NCBI GenBank assembly: GCA_043228905.1
Contig: JBHGNT010000005.1
Location: 558,001 to 622,000, forward strand
Source: Azolla caroliniana
Lineage: Eukaryota > Plantae > Polypodiophyta
Direction: 5' to 3'
Length of the DNA stretch: 64,000 nt
Below, one piece after another: positions 53,411 to 64,000 of this stretch. The position numbers and the translations under genes were made by a program. Position 1 is the first letter of the stretch; each line of letters starts with the position of its first letter. The notes beneath the pieces are model-generated. The model ran no database searches, was not told the origin of the DNA, and saw nothing but the letters and a program-made list of their open reading frames with translations.

Positions 53411-54691
53411 TTTAAGAAAAACAAAAGTCTTCACTAAAACTGCCTTAGAAAACACAAACAAATTATAGAAAATCTAGCAAGAAATAAAAAAAATCTTTGG
53501 ATTTTGTTCCTTTGATAAGGGTTTGCAGCCGGCAATTTCAAAACTTCAACCAGAATCTTTGTGGCATTAACTGAGCATGATTGTAAGAATCTTCAACAAG
53601 AACTTGGATTTTAATTACAATTACACTAGGAAATTATACATATTTGCATACAATTACACTAGAAAATTATACCTATTTTAATAGAAATTTAGAACAAATG
53701 TTACTTACGTCTATTGGATTTTGTTCCTTTTTATTAAACTATTTCTGTTGGCAAGTTTCAAAACTAGACCAGAGTTTAGATGGATTTACCAGAATTAAGC
53801 AGTGTTGCAGCCTGGAATTTCTAGATATTTGTAGGGAGCATTTTTAATACAGAGGATTGTACTTATTATGATCGATTTTTCTTGTTGACTTTTGAAGATT
53901 TTCAGAGTGGAAAATCGTCGAATTTGATGTTAATGCAATTTGTCCTTACTTTGACCGATTCTCCTTGTCCATTTTTTAAAGATTTCCGAGCAGAAAGTTC
54001 TAGTAAGGAAACATGGGTTGAATGTTAATTTTTTAGCAGTTTTATTTGAATCTTGGTTTGATGAGCAACTAATCATCTGCATTCCGCATAGAATCATGTA
54101 ATGAGGAAAAACAGACATGGAGATAAAAAAGAGAAGGAATAAACTTCTTACCACTTCACGAAAGCCTCTGTTTTTTTCTTGTTGCTATGGACATCATCGC
54201 GAAATGTAAAGCCCTTACTATATACCGTATAAGTATATAATTAAGCCTCTATAGGGTTTATACTAATTCCTTATCGTACCCCCCACACTCTCCTTCTTTG
54301 TTTGCTTTACCATAATTCCTCGAAATGCCACTGTTGGTATCAACATTTCCGTAATCCCTCGGAAATGCACCTTTGCTTTTCACATTACCAAGAATTCTTT
54401 CGAAACGTTAACTCTCCTTTCCAACATTACTAGAATTCCTCCCCATTCTATATGGTAGTGTTGATGTCCCTAGATATTGTGATCTCTCTAGAATTATTAG
54501 AGAATGGAGAAACAAGTTCTCATTTGATTGTCTCATAAAATTGAGATGTTGACTCTACTTCAACTAGTGTTACAATATCTAGAGTGTTTACTTTACCATA
54601 AGATCCTCACACTAATGTAGTAGCATATTGTAATGTTATTTTAATGTATACAATACTTTTATGATAGGGGGGATAGAAAGACAGAGAGAGA

Positions 54692-55236
54692 GTTTTGATT
54701 GGAGGATTGCCTTTGGGATTAGCTCTAAAGTGTCGTGGACTAGCAATGGGCAATTGATTCTTTTGCATTGTTCAGATGGAAGATAGTACTCATCGATTTA
54801 TACAATGTCTGATTGCTTGTCAGGTTTGGAGTTACATTTCTCAAATTTGGCAAGTTTTATCACAACGTTATTTGACACCTAGAAAGTGGGTGTTTGCACA
54901 ATTTACACAAGTTGACCCAAAATCAGAGATGGAGATTGTTTTCCTATTTCTGAGATATTGGGGATTGCATCATAATTGGAACATGTGCAACACTTTAAAT
55001 ATTTGATGGTAGACATGGAGTGAAAGCATATCTACGAAAGTTGAAGGGAGTACTAATATGGCAATTTTCTTTATTGGAGCAAGTGGAAATTCTTTCCTCA
55101 GTGGAGTGTTCGTCTTGCCTATTGGCAATTCAACATGTTCCACTACCCATGTAGTGTAGTTAGTGGATGACCATTCTCCATTGTCACACCCATTGTAGTA
55201 GTGTTTTTCACACACATTTATTGATAACAAAAAACA
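54692..55236 (+). mobile_element. 5'-truncated L1-type LINE 3' fragment (zf-RVT region)
   Basis: Reads FDWRIAFGIS / FCIVQMEDSTHRFIQCLIACQVWSYISQIW and ends in ttattgataacaaaaaac. Confidence 0.7.
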
Positions 55237-56561
55237 CACACATCAGGAGGTAATGTGTTCAACCCCCTTCATTCCACAATGATGTCAAGATTTGAACCCA
55301 TGGCCTTGTATTGATACAAAAAAAGGGGGAGATAAATTTTCTTTTAGTAGATCTCCAAACATCAAACATGTTGAAAGTTTTCATGGAATTACTCATGACT
55401 TCCCTTCAAAGGGTTTAGTTGTAATGTTTGATACAATAAGTAATAAGATAGTGGGACTTAAATCATTGTCTCAAACATTATAGCATGATAGTAAATTGTC
55501 TACGCTAAATGTTTTAGAATAATGGTTTAAGTCATAATAACTTATTTTTCATACTTCGTTTGGAATGTGCCTTCATTTGTCTTTTTGTAGAATTTAATTG
55601 TAAAGCTTATTTACTTCATGACAATGTTACTACTGAGCGTAAGCAAGGGAATTAGTCCCTACATCACTTTTTTATTTTGTAGGCACGAGTATCCACTCCA
55701 TTTACGATTACCCAACCTTTAAAAAACGTTGGTCATGATGTTATCTCAAGACACCACAAACATGTCTCAAAAGGGTAGTAAAAAGGTATCGCAAGATGAT
55801 TTCTTCATGTAATATAGAAGAAACTTGTAGCCCTTTGTGGAAGGTCGTTGTGTATATCTGTATATATGTGCCTAAAAAGTTGGGTAAAGATGTATCCAAC
55901 TTGAAGGAATTGTGTGAGGTTAATGCATTACATAATCAACAATGGGTAACTTTGATAGAAATTGCAATGATATGTTGTAGCATAATGTGGAGTGTTCTTC
56001 ATTCTCGATTGTGGATAAATTTTAAAGAAAGTATAATGGTGTGTTGTATCATAATGTGGCGTGTTCTTCATTCTCAAGCTCCTAATTACCCCATAATTTG
56101 AGCAAAGTACGTGGTTGGAGTTTGCTTCTCCATGCCTCATTCTCATTTGCAAGATCATGAGGAATGGAACATGAAATTTATAATTGAAATAGCTACTACT
56201 TCAAGAAAATTTAGCCCTTTTTGCAAAAACAATGACTAAGAGAAATGCCATGATATGTTCACCTTACCATTATTATGTACTTAATTAGTCGAAGTGACTT
56301 CCATGGACTCCAACTCTTTTTTTAGATATTATGTAAAATGATAATTCAATACTACACAATAGAAAATGAAGCATTAGACAATAGAGTGCGAATGGAATGT
56401 CATCTAATAAAAAAAGAAATAACAAAGTTCCTAATATAAAGGGCAATGGAATGATTGGTAACACACATCAAATGACGCACATAAGAAAATTGATAATGGG
56501 ACTCCATCCTTGTGGCATTTCTTAGGGGGAACATAAATTTCAAACATTTGAAAAGTAATCA

Positions 56562-56975
56562 TTAAGGAGGGCAAATAAATTCAGGTGGGAGGGTATAGCC
56601 ACAAGTGGTAAGGATGGTGGCAACTATGTCAAGTTTAGGGATATGGACGTTGATAAGGCCAAGAACATTGATATCGACTGCGAGACAAAGACATAGTTCG
56701 ATATCTGCCCCAATCAGCCCAAGGATCGGGCAACAACCACTCCCAACAGATGGCGCAACTTCATAGCCACCCAACAAGGGACCGCAAACCCCCACTTTTA
56801 ACACATCTTCAAGAGAGCAAGTTTTCCTACCAACACCCCATGGCCTCGTTGATGGGGTTGATGGGGTTGTAAAACAATCACCAATAGCACCACATGCCTT
56901 GCAACTCCCCCAACTCATACTCATCACCATGATTAACATTAACACCAAATATATCACCCTCATCATTGACTCCAA

Positions 56976-56978
<3 letters not shown>
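56562..56978 (-). CDS. Hybrid proline-rich protein / 8-cysteine-motif (DC2.15/EARLI1-like) secreted protein
   Basis: Hydrophobic signal peptide and a short TTPSTPST segment, then C..DVLKVGVC..LLG...CCPILG...LCLCLAVDINVLGLIN...CGYTLPPEFICP. The sense strand has a (GA)n leader and a TATA-like tataaa at ~57077-57082. Confidence 0.9.
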
Positions 56979-57010
<32 letters not shown>

Positions 57011-57324
57011 CTCAATCTCTCTTCTCTCTCTCTCTCTCTCTCTCTCTTCACTACCTAGTCCTTACCACCTAGTCCTCTTTATATCATCAACTCTCTCTCT
57101 CTCCATCCTTGTAGACATGATCACATGCATATCTTACATTGGTCTTGATATAATGTCATTGTGTTATGTGCACCCTGTAATTCACCCCCTTTCAATAATG
57201 TGTTACTCTTGTTATCACAGTGAAGTCACGGTTTTTTTCTTGGATAAAGGGAAGTTCGTATAGAGTAAATTTTTTTCTATCACAATCTCTTTCCCTCCTT
57301 AACTTTCTCTCTTTTTATATTGGA

Positions 57325-57372
<48 letters not shown>

Positions 57373-58283
57373 GTACATATTCATTCGTTTATTTATTTAT
57401 TTATATTAAAAGTAGTGTATATATTAAGACTTCAAGTCCCTACAATAATAAGGTTAACTTGCTAAGGTTTCATCCTATGTAGATCATCAAACAAGAATCT
57501 AGAAATAGTCCAATTGTACCATAGATTCCAATATCTAAAGTAGTCAAACACAGTCTACGTCATGGAGAGGATAAAAACTTTGGCTTCTTTTGGAAGGGTG
57601 ACAAAATTGTTTCCATTAATGATGCCCAAAGTTGCAAACAATAACCCAAATGATTTTAGTAATTGAGCACATAATGCATTAGTGTTTGCCATTCTCCTCA
57701 CTCATAGTACAAAAAATCTTATCCCATTTAAAACCTATGAGCATTTCAAAGACAAGGTTCCAATATTGCCTACCAAAGAAATCCTTTTGCATGGAAGGAA
57801 ATATGAGATTGCCATCATGTGTCCAACATCAAACACAATAAGGTGTGTGTCATACAAGAAACGCCCTTACCACTAGACATGATTAATCTTCAATCAACTT
57901 ATCATAAACATCATTGATGTGTTGCCAAGAATCAATTTTTTACCATTGAATAACCAACCTTTTTACAATTCATTCGCCACAATAATAGGCGAGTCCGATA
58001 ATGATCACCAAGTATGATCATATCTAGAAGGTATATAAAACTTGGTCCACATAGTTCTAAGTGTTGCCTTCATGGCACTAAAGTAACATTTGGCATTTTA
58101 CCAAACCAAACTTCACCATACAATTGGATTATACGATTAGACTTACGTTAACTCCAATCCAATGCAAGAGTCAAGCGGGCACCAATGCGTTAAAAGTTGA
58201 GCCACGTACATAGTATGCCTAGGTACTAGGGAGGTTTCTAATGAAGGTTTAAGTAGGTGTTGGCAGTAAAGTAAGAGAAACAG

Positions 58284-58650
58284 AAACTACTCAAAGATTT
58301 GCAACACATGAGAGTCAAAAAGGTACAACAATATGAGGAGCTTTTGTAGTGGATCAAATGACTCGAAACAATCTCATTAGCAAGAAAATTAAAGGGACTC
58401 AAAGACTCGCAACACGTGAGTGTCAAGATGGTACAACAACGAGAGGGCCTTGACAATTTGAAACGTGATACCCTTTTTCTTCTTTTTCTATTATTTTTAG
58501 AGAATCTTACTGAGCTTTTCTAGTAATTATGGAGTTCATCAATAAGTTAAAATACATGTGTCCTATTAGAGGCAGAGTACCTTACAACCGAATTGTTGGC
58601 TCTAAATTAAGAGAAACTGAAACTACTCAAAGACTTGCAACACATGTGTA
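58284..58650. repeat. Three dispersed copies of a ~45-bp motif
   Basis: actcaaaga(tt/ct)(t/c)gcaacac(a/g)tg at ~58289, ~58397 and ~58625. Confidence 0.65.
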
Positions 58651-59181
58651 CCAAGAACTTATACAACCATGCTTCAGAGTTGCAAATAGAGTAAGAAAAA
58701 CAATCTAGAAGATTTGAAGATTGCAACTACGAGTTCTCTTGCTTCAGATTATGGGGTAGACATTTTCTTTCTTGCATATAACATCTCATGGGATGAATTA
58801 GAACCATTAATGAATAAATTCCCACATGATCTTTGCCATGATGGAAAATTGTCTTTTGCAAACTTATTGAGGCTTTTAGTCAAATAATACAAGTAACTAA
58901 TTGTTTGAGAGACATTAAAAGCGTCAACACATGCCATGATTTATGACTCAATAATAACAACCTAGCCTTCTAAACCTGCTACATCAATCCCAGTTCAATG
59001 GAAATCGATGCAATATGTCAACGTTGTTTGTCCAATAGTAAGACAAAGCAAGGTTATATATACTATTTGCATTTGTATTGGAGGTTTAGGACACAATATG
59101 GTGAATTTCACATGGACCAAGAAGACAAAAAAACCAATTATTTTGGTTGTCCGGTAAGGTCCAACAACCCTAATAGTCCCA

Positions 59182-59398
59182 CCTACTTGATTGTTTTGAT
59201 TGAACGGGGTTGTGTGTCAAAGAAATAAAGACAACGGCAAGAGAATAGAGAGATTCATAACTAAGTGTGAAAATGGCATTGTAATGGGACTACTCCTACT
59301 TGATCGTTTTGATTGAACTGGGTTGTGTGTCAAAGAAATAAAGACAAAGGGCAAGAGAATAAAGAGATTCATAGCTAAGTGTGAAAATGGCATTGTAA
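59182..59398. repeat. Two-copy ~113-bp tandem duplication
   Basis: cctacttgat(t/c)gttttgattgaac(g/t)gggttgtgtgtcaaagaaataaagacaa...ctaagtgtgaaaatggcattgtaa occurs twice. Confidence 0.92.
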
Positions 59399-59744
59399 AG
59401 GCTACAAATTCTCTTGGGGAAATTATGTTTGTCATCTTAATAGTTCACAGCTAGATGCTACCATGTGTAGGGGTTTTAGACCTATGATGCAATTCAATTA
59501 TCTTTAGGGAATTTTCTCTCTAATTGGTCACCTTCTTTTGTGCATGTTTGGTTTGGATATTTTACTCCGGTTGGTGTTCTAATACGACCAAACGAAACAA
59601 CATCTCAAGGAGACTATTACTATTTTGATGTATCTGAGGAAGGAAGATTATGGTAAACTGATGTGGAATCGTCAATTTGGCAAACGACAATGCAACATCC
59701 GGTGAGAGCGATTAATAAATCTGGTAAAAAGTGGATTTTAGATC

Positions 59745-59918
59745 TGTTGAGAATTGAACTCAACTTCCCATAGATAGGTTTCACACTAGCTCATGGACAT
59801 TCCAGGCTAGTTTTGTAAATAGTAGAAAGGGCGCTTGCCCTAGCTTAGTTGGTATATAAACCAACTCATTGTAACTGAGTCCCTATTGGATGTATTTCGT
59901 TTTGTTAATATCATATAC

Positions 59919-59965
<47 letters not shown>

Positions 59966-60045
59966 GTGTGTTGTTACACACACACACACACTTACGTTCA
60001 CCTTCCGCTGCATTGCAACCACTCTTGCCTTCCCATTTCTTAACA
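59745..60045 (+). repeat. 5' LTR (301 bp) of the Ty1/copia element
   Basis: Starts TGTTGAGAA and ends TTCTTAACA (inverted termini, 1 mismatch). It contains a TATA-like tatataaa and (CT)n/(CA)n tracts and is followed directly by the PBS. Confidence 0.8.
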
Positions 60046-60057
60046 TGGTATCAAAGC
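60046..60057 (+). promoter_or_regulatory. Primer-binding site complementary to the initiator tRNA-Met 3' end
   Basis: TGGTATCAAAGC, one mismatch to the canonical TGGTATCAGAGC, directly after the LTR ...CA. Confidence 0.85.
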
Positions 60058-63000
60058 GTGTGGTTGCCTGATCAAGCATTTTCGACTGTATTGTGCAACA
60101 CACTGACGATCAACAGAACCGGCCCATCGACAGAGAAGAAATCACCATGAATACTCAAATGGGAAGCGCTCTTCCTACCGAGAAGCTCGACAGAACAAAC
60201 TTTGCATCTTGGGAATACAAGATGCATCAATATCTTGTCGGACAAGGCTACTGGAGCTACATTGAAGGAGCTCACGAATCACACCCCAACCCAACACACG
60301 CTGACTATCCCGATTGGGAGTAGGCCTCAAGCCATGTGTTGTATTGCCTTGCATCATGCATTCATGATCACATGCTTGGCTACATTCGAGAGGCAAAAAT
60401 GCCGAAGCAGGCGTGGGAAAATATCAAAAAGATTTTCGCAGCCAACACGGCCGCACGCAAGCTCCAGCTTCATTAGGACTTGAATAGCATCCAACAGAGG
60501 GACATGTCAATCTCAAGCTATACCTTGAAGATCAAGGAGTTATGTGATGCCCTCGGATTGATCAACGTCGTCATTGACGATGACGAATTGGTGTAGATAT
60601 GCCTCGGAGGCTTAGCACCGCGTTTCAACGCGATTAGATAGGCTATTCTCGCAAGGGAGAACCCTCCCTCCTTCTTTGACCTTCAGTTGATATTGTTAGT
60701 CGACGAAAATCACGCCCGGCAGAGGAGCAATACACCAGATGGACATATGCTCTACTCCCAGTCGGATGATAGAAGGAATTTCGGTCGAGGTCACAGAGGT
60801 CGCTTCTCACCAATGGCAAACGGATAGAAATGATCCCAGAGAGTTCAACGGAAGGGGGAGTCATAACTCCGGACCGAGCAATCGCCGAAACCCAAGCGAG
60901 TGCGGGTATTGCTGAAAACCTGGCCACTACGAAGAGGAGTGCCGGAAGAAGAAACATGAGGCCGGCCGACAACTGACAAATTATACCACGAACTCCGACT
61001 ACGACGATCGTGGCGGAATGTTCATAATGAAGCACGAAGCACACTCGATGTCTCCATTTGTGACAACCAGCGCCTCCACTCCTAATAGTGTATGGTTTGT
61101 CGATTCGGGAGCTTCCAATCACATGACTTCCCATGAAGATTGGTTTCGGGAATTACGGAAGCCCGAACGTCCCGGATATGTCGAAACATGCGATGATACG
61201 ACTCATCCAATACAACATATCGGGAATGTCCCATTTAGAAACAACGACGAATAGACCTACCTCAAGAACGTACTGCATGTTCCCACCATCACGAAAAATT
61301 TGGTCTCGGTCAGCCAAATTGTAGAACAAGGAATGCAGGTACGCTTCAACAACGATGGGTGCTTCATTGAAAAAGGCGATCAAATCGTAGCTCACGGCAA
61401 ACAAAAAGGTTGTATGTTCATCCTCGAGTCGAGCGAAGTAAAGTCAGCTATGTACGCAAAGGGCCAGAAAGTTGAAACCGACTTAAAATTGTGGCACAGA
61501 GAATCGGCCACATCAATCTCTAGAAGCTTCAGAACATGCAGACAAAAGGAGTCGTAATTGGACTCCCGAACTTTACGCCAAAGGAGATCACGGTCGTGTG
61601 CGAAACATGCCAATTCGGAAAGCAACGCCATCATCCATTCCCAAAAGAGCAGAATGTAAGCAAAGGGATCCTAGATGCCATACATTCAGATGTGTGGGGA
61701 CCAGACCAAACAGCTACTTTCGGCGGATGCCGTTACTATGTCATGTTCATCAACGACTTCTCCCGAAATACCTGGATTTATCCGATGAAGCAAAAGAGTG
61801 AAGTGTTCGGCCACTTCCGGAAGTTCAAAGCCAAAGTAGAAAAAGCTACGAGCCGTCATGTACACTGCCTTCTATCAGACGGAGGTAAAGAATGCTTTTC
61901 GGATGAGTTCTCGGCGTATCTCCGCAAGGAAGGAATCCGACGAGAGTTCTCATGTCAACATACACCTCAGTAAAACGGCATAGTTGTGCGTAAAAACCGC
62001 CACATAGTAGAAGTTGCACGAGCCATGATGAATGAGAAGAACCTGCCGAAATCGTACTGGGCAGAAGCGGCGAACACGACCGTATACCTCATGAATAGGT
62101 GCACAACCTCAGGAGTACACGACATAACTCCTCATGAGAAGTTCTTTGGAAAGAAGTCGGACTTATCGCATGTCCGCACTTTCGGCGCTATCGACTACGT
62201 ACATATTCCCGACGATACTCGGCAAAAGCTTGACCCAAAGTCGGAGAAATGTATCCTCGTAGGGTACTCACTCGAACAGAAGGGGTACAAATGCTATAAT
62301 CCATCTACCCGTAAGGTTCGAACAAGTCGAGACGTAGTCTTTGACAAATACGCATCCTGGTACGCACCAAAGAATACTTCGACTCCGCTCAACGCGGATG
62401 ACACCGAAATAAGAATAGAAGCCGAGGATCGGCTCACACAGATGTTCGAAGACAACCTAACTATGACACGGTTGAGTGGACCGCAAGAGCCCCCAAGTGA
62501 TAAAAGCACATCTCGGGCAAGTCCACTGTTAGACAAAGGCAAGGCGAAAATGCAGGAGTATGAAGATCATTTCGATCTCGACAGTGAGTTCGAAGGCCTT
62601 GACATCCACACGGACGGCGTGAAGAAACCCCTCGAATCCACAAGTGACAAGCCACGCCGATCCACGCGTGAGAAGAACCCCATAAACCGCTACGGCTACG
62701 ACGAGTACATGGTGTATCATTACACATTCATGATGAAGGTAGCGTCAGTACGGGAACCGGAAACGCTTTCCGAAGCCGCAAAGGATCCGCGATGGGTCAA
62801 CGCGATGAATGAGGAGATGGAAGCGTTATGCAAAAACGAGACATGGGATCTCGTTCCTCACCCCCCGAACAAGAAACCAATTGGTTGCATGTGGATTTAC
62901 AACGTGAAGCACAATGCCAATGGTTCCGTAAATCGCTTCAAAGCACGACTCGTTGCAAAAGGCTACGCACAGACACATGGCATAGACTACGAAGAAACCT

Positions 63001-64000
63001 TTGCCCTAGTGGCAATGATGACGACAATACAAAACGTAATCGCGCTAGCAGCAACAAAAGGGTGGCACCTCCATTAGATGGACATGAAAAACGCTTTCCT
63101 CCAAGGAGAGCTAGAAGAAGTGTATATGACACAACTACCCGGATTCGAATCACGTAATCATCCGCACGCCGTATGCCGACTCAAGAAGCCATTGTGCGGC
63201 CTCAAACAAGCACCGCATGCTTGGCACTCGAAAATCACGCAGTATCTTCACCAAGTCGGATTTCGGATGTCAAAATCCAATACATCTTTGTACATCCAAA
63301 ATGAGTCGGATAGCCCGATAGTCATCATTCTATATGTGGATGACTTGGTTATCGGAGGAAAGGATCTCGCCGAGATTAACAAAGTTAAATAACTTCTTTC
63401 CGGCAGATTCGAAATGAAGGACCTGCACGAACTTCATTACTTTCTAGGTATTGAAGTAATTCGGACACCAGTCAGGATCATGATCTCACAACGGCACTAC
63501 ATTCTCAACTTACTCTACAAGTTTAGAATGACAGAGTGCAAACCTGTGGCTAGCCCTCTTGAACGTAATCTCAACATCGATGCTAGTTCTGGCACGGCCG
63601 CAAGTGAGTCGATTCTGTATCATCAACTGATCGGCAGTCTAATCTACCTAACCATTACGTGACCCGACCTCAGTTATTTAGTCGATCTACTTAGCCAATT
63701 CATGCAGAATCGTCGAAACCTTCACCTCGATTACGCTAAGAGGATACTACGGTATGTCAACACAACAGTGGATTATGGCATCTTGTATAAGTCGAATACG
63801 ACCATTCGACTTGAAGGGTACACAGACGCGGACTGGGCAAGATACAAGGCAGATAGATGATCCACATCCGGATTTGTCTTCTCCCTCAACAACAAAGCGA
63901 TCTCCTGGAGCATCAAGAAACAGCCGACAGTCGCACTGTCGAGGACAAAAGCCGAATACAGGGGTGTGGCAATCGCCGCATGCAAAGTTGTATGGCTTAA

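Larger units (their letters stand above)
59745..64000 (+). mobile_element. Ty1/copia LTR retrotransposon, inactivated, truncated by the window end
   Basis: Domains in copia order: gag (KLDRTNFASWEYKM), zinc knuckle CGYC*KPGHYEEEC, protease WFVDSGASNHMT, integrase [53 protein letters not shown], RNase H GYTDADWA. Many stops and frameshifts. Confidence 0.96.

Noticed and set aside
1-64000. Functional gene cluster linking MAD2, PIP5K, Dof-like, HHO, TAG, PPR and HyPRP
   Set aside because: The functions are unrelated, there is no shared regulatory signature, and an unsized gap intervenes. This looks like an ordinary euchromatic gene neighbourhood.

Overview
AT-rich land-plant nuclear DNA with spliceosomal introns, microsatellites, plant telomere motifs and one 100-N assembly gap. 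The style of the PLS-type PPR gene and the LINEs suggests a fern or other non-seed plant, but that is inference. Seven protein-coding genes are supported, the intron-containing ones rebuilt by reading splice sites: the 3' part of MAD2 (1-2103, +); an 8-exon PIP5K whose N-terminus is an unusually degenerate MORN-like array (~18.6-22.3 kb, +); an intronless gene with an aberrant Dof-like zinc finger (25.0-26.2 kb, -); an HHO/HRS1/NIGT1-type GARP factor with a GC-AG intron (36.9-40.1 kb, +); a DNA-3-methyladenine glycosylase I (43.4-45.8 kb, -); a PLS-E PPR protein (50.8-52.8 kb, -); and a hybrid proline-rich/8CM protein (56.6-57.0 kb, -). Intergenic DNA contains decayed LINEs (one RTEX-like, several L1 3' ends), hAT-like MITEs, many local duplications and a degenerate Ty1/copia element (LTR 59745-60045, then PBS) running off the right edge. 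The best novelty candidates are the non-canonical Dof-like finger, an unannotated spliced 31-codon sORF ending in a CaaX motif (42.3-42.5 kb), the remodelled MORN array, and a minisatellite adjoining the PPR start. No database searches were possible; family calls come from recognised motifs.
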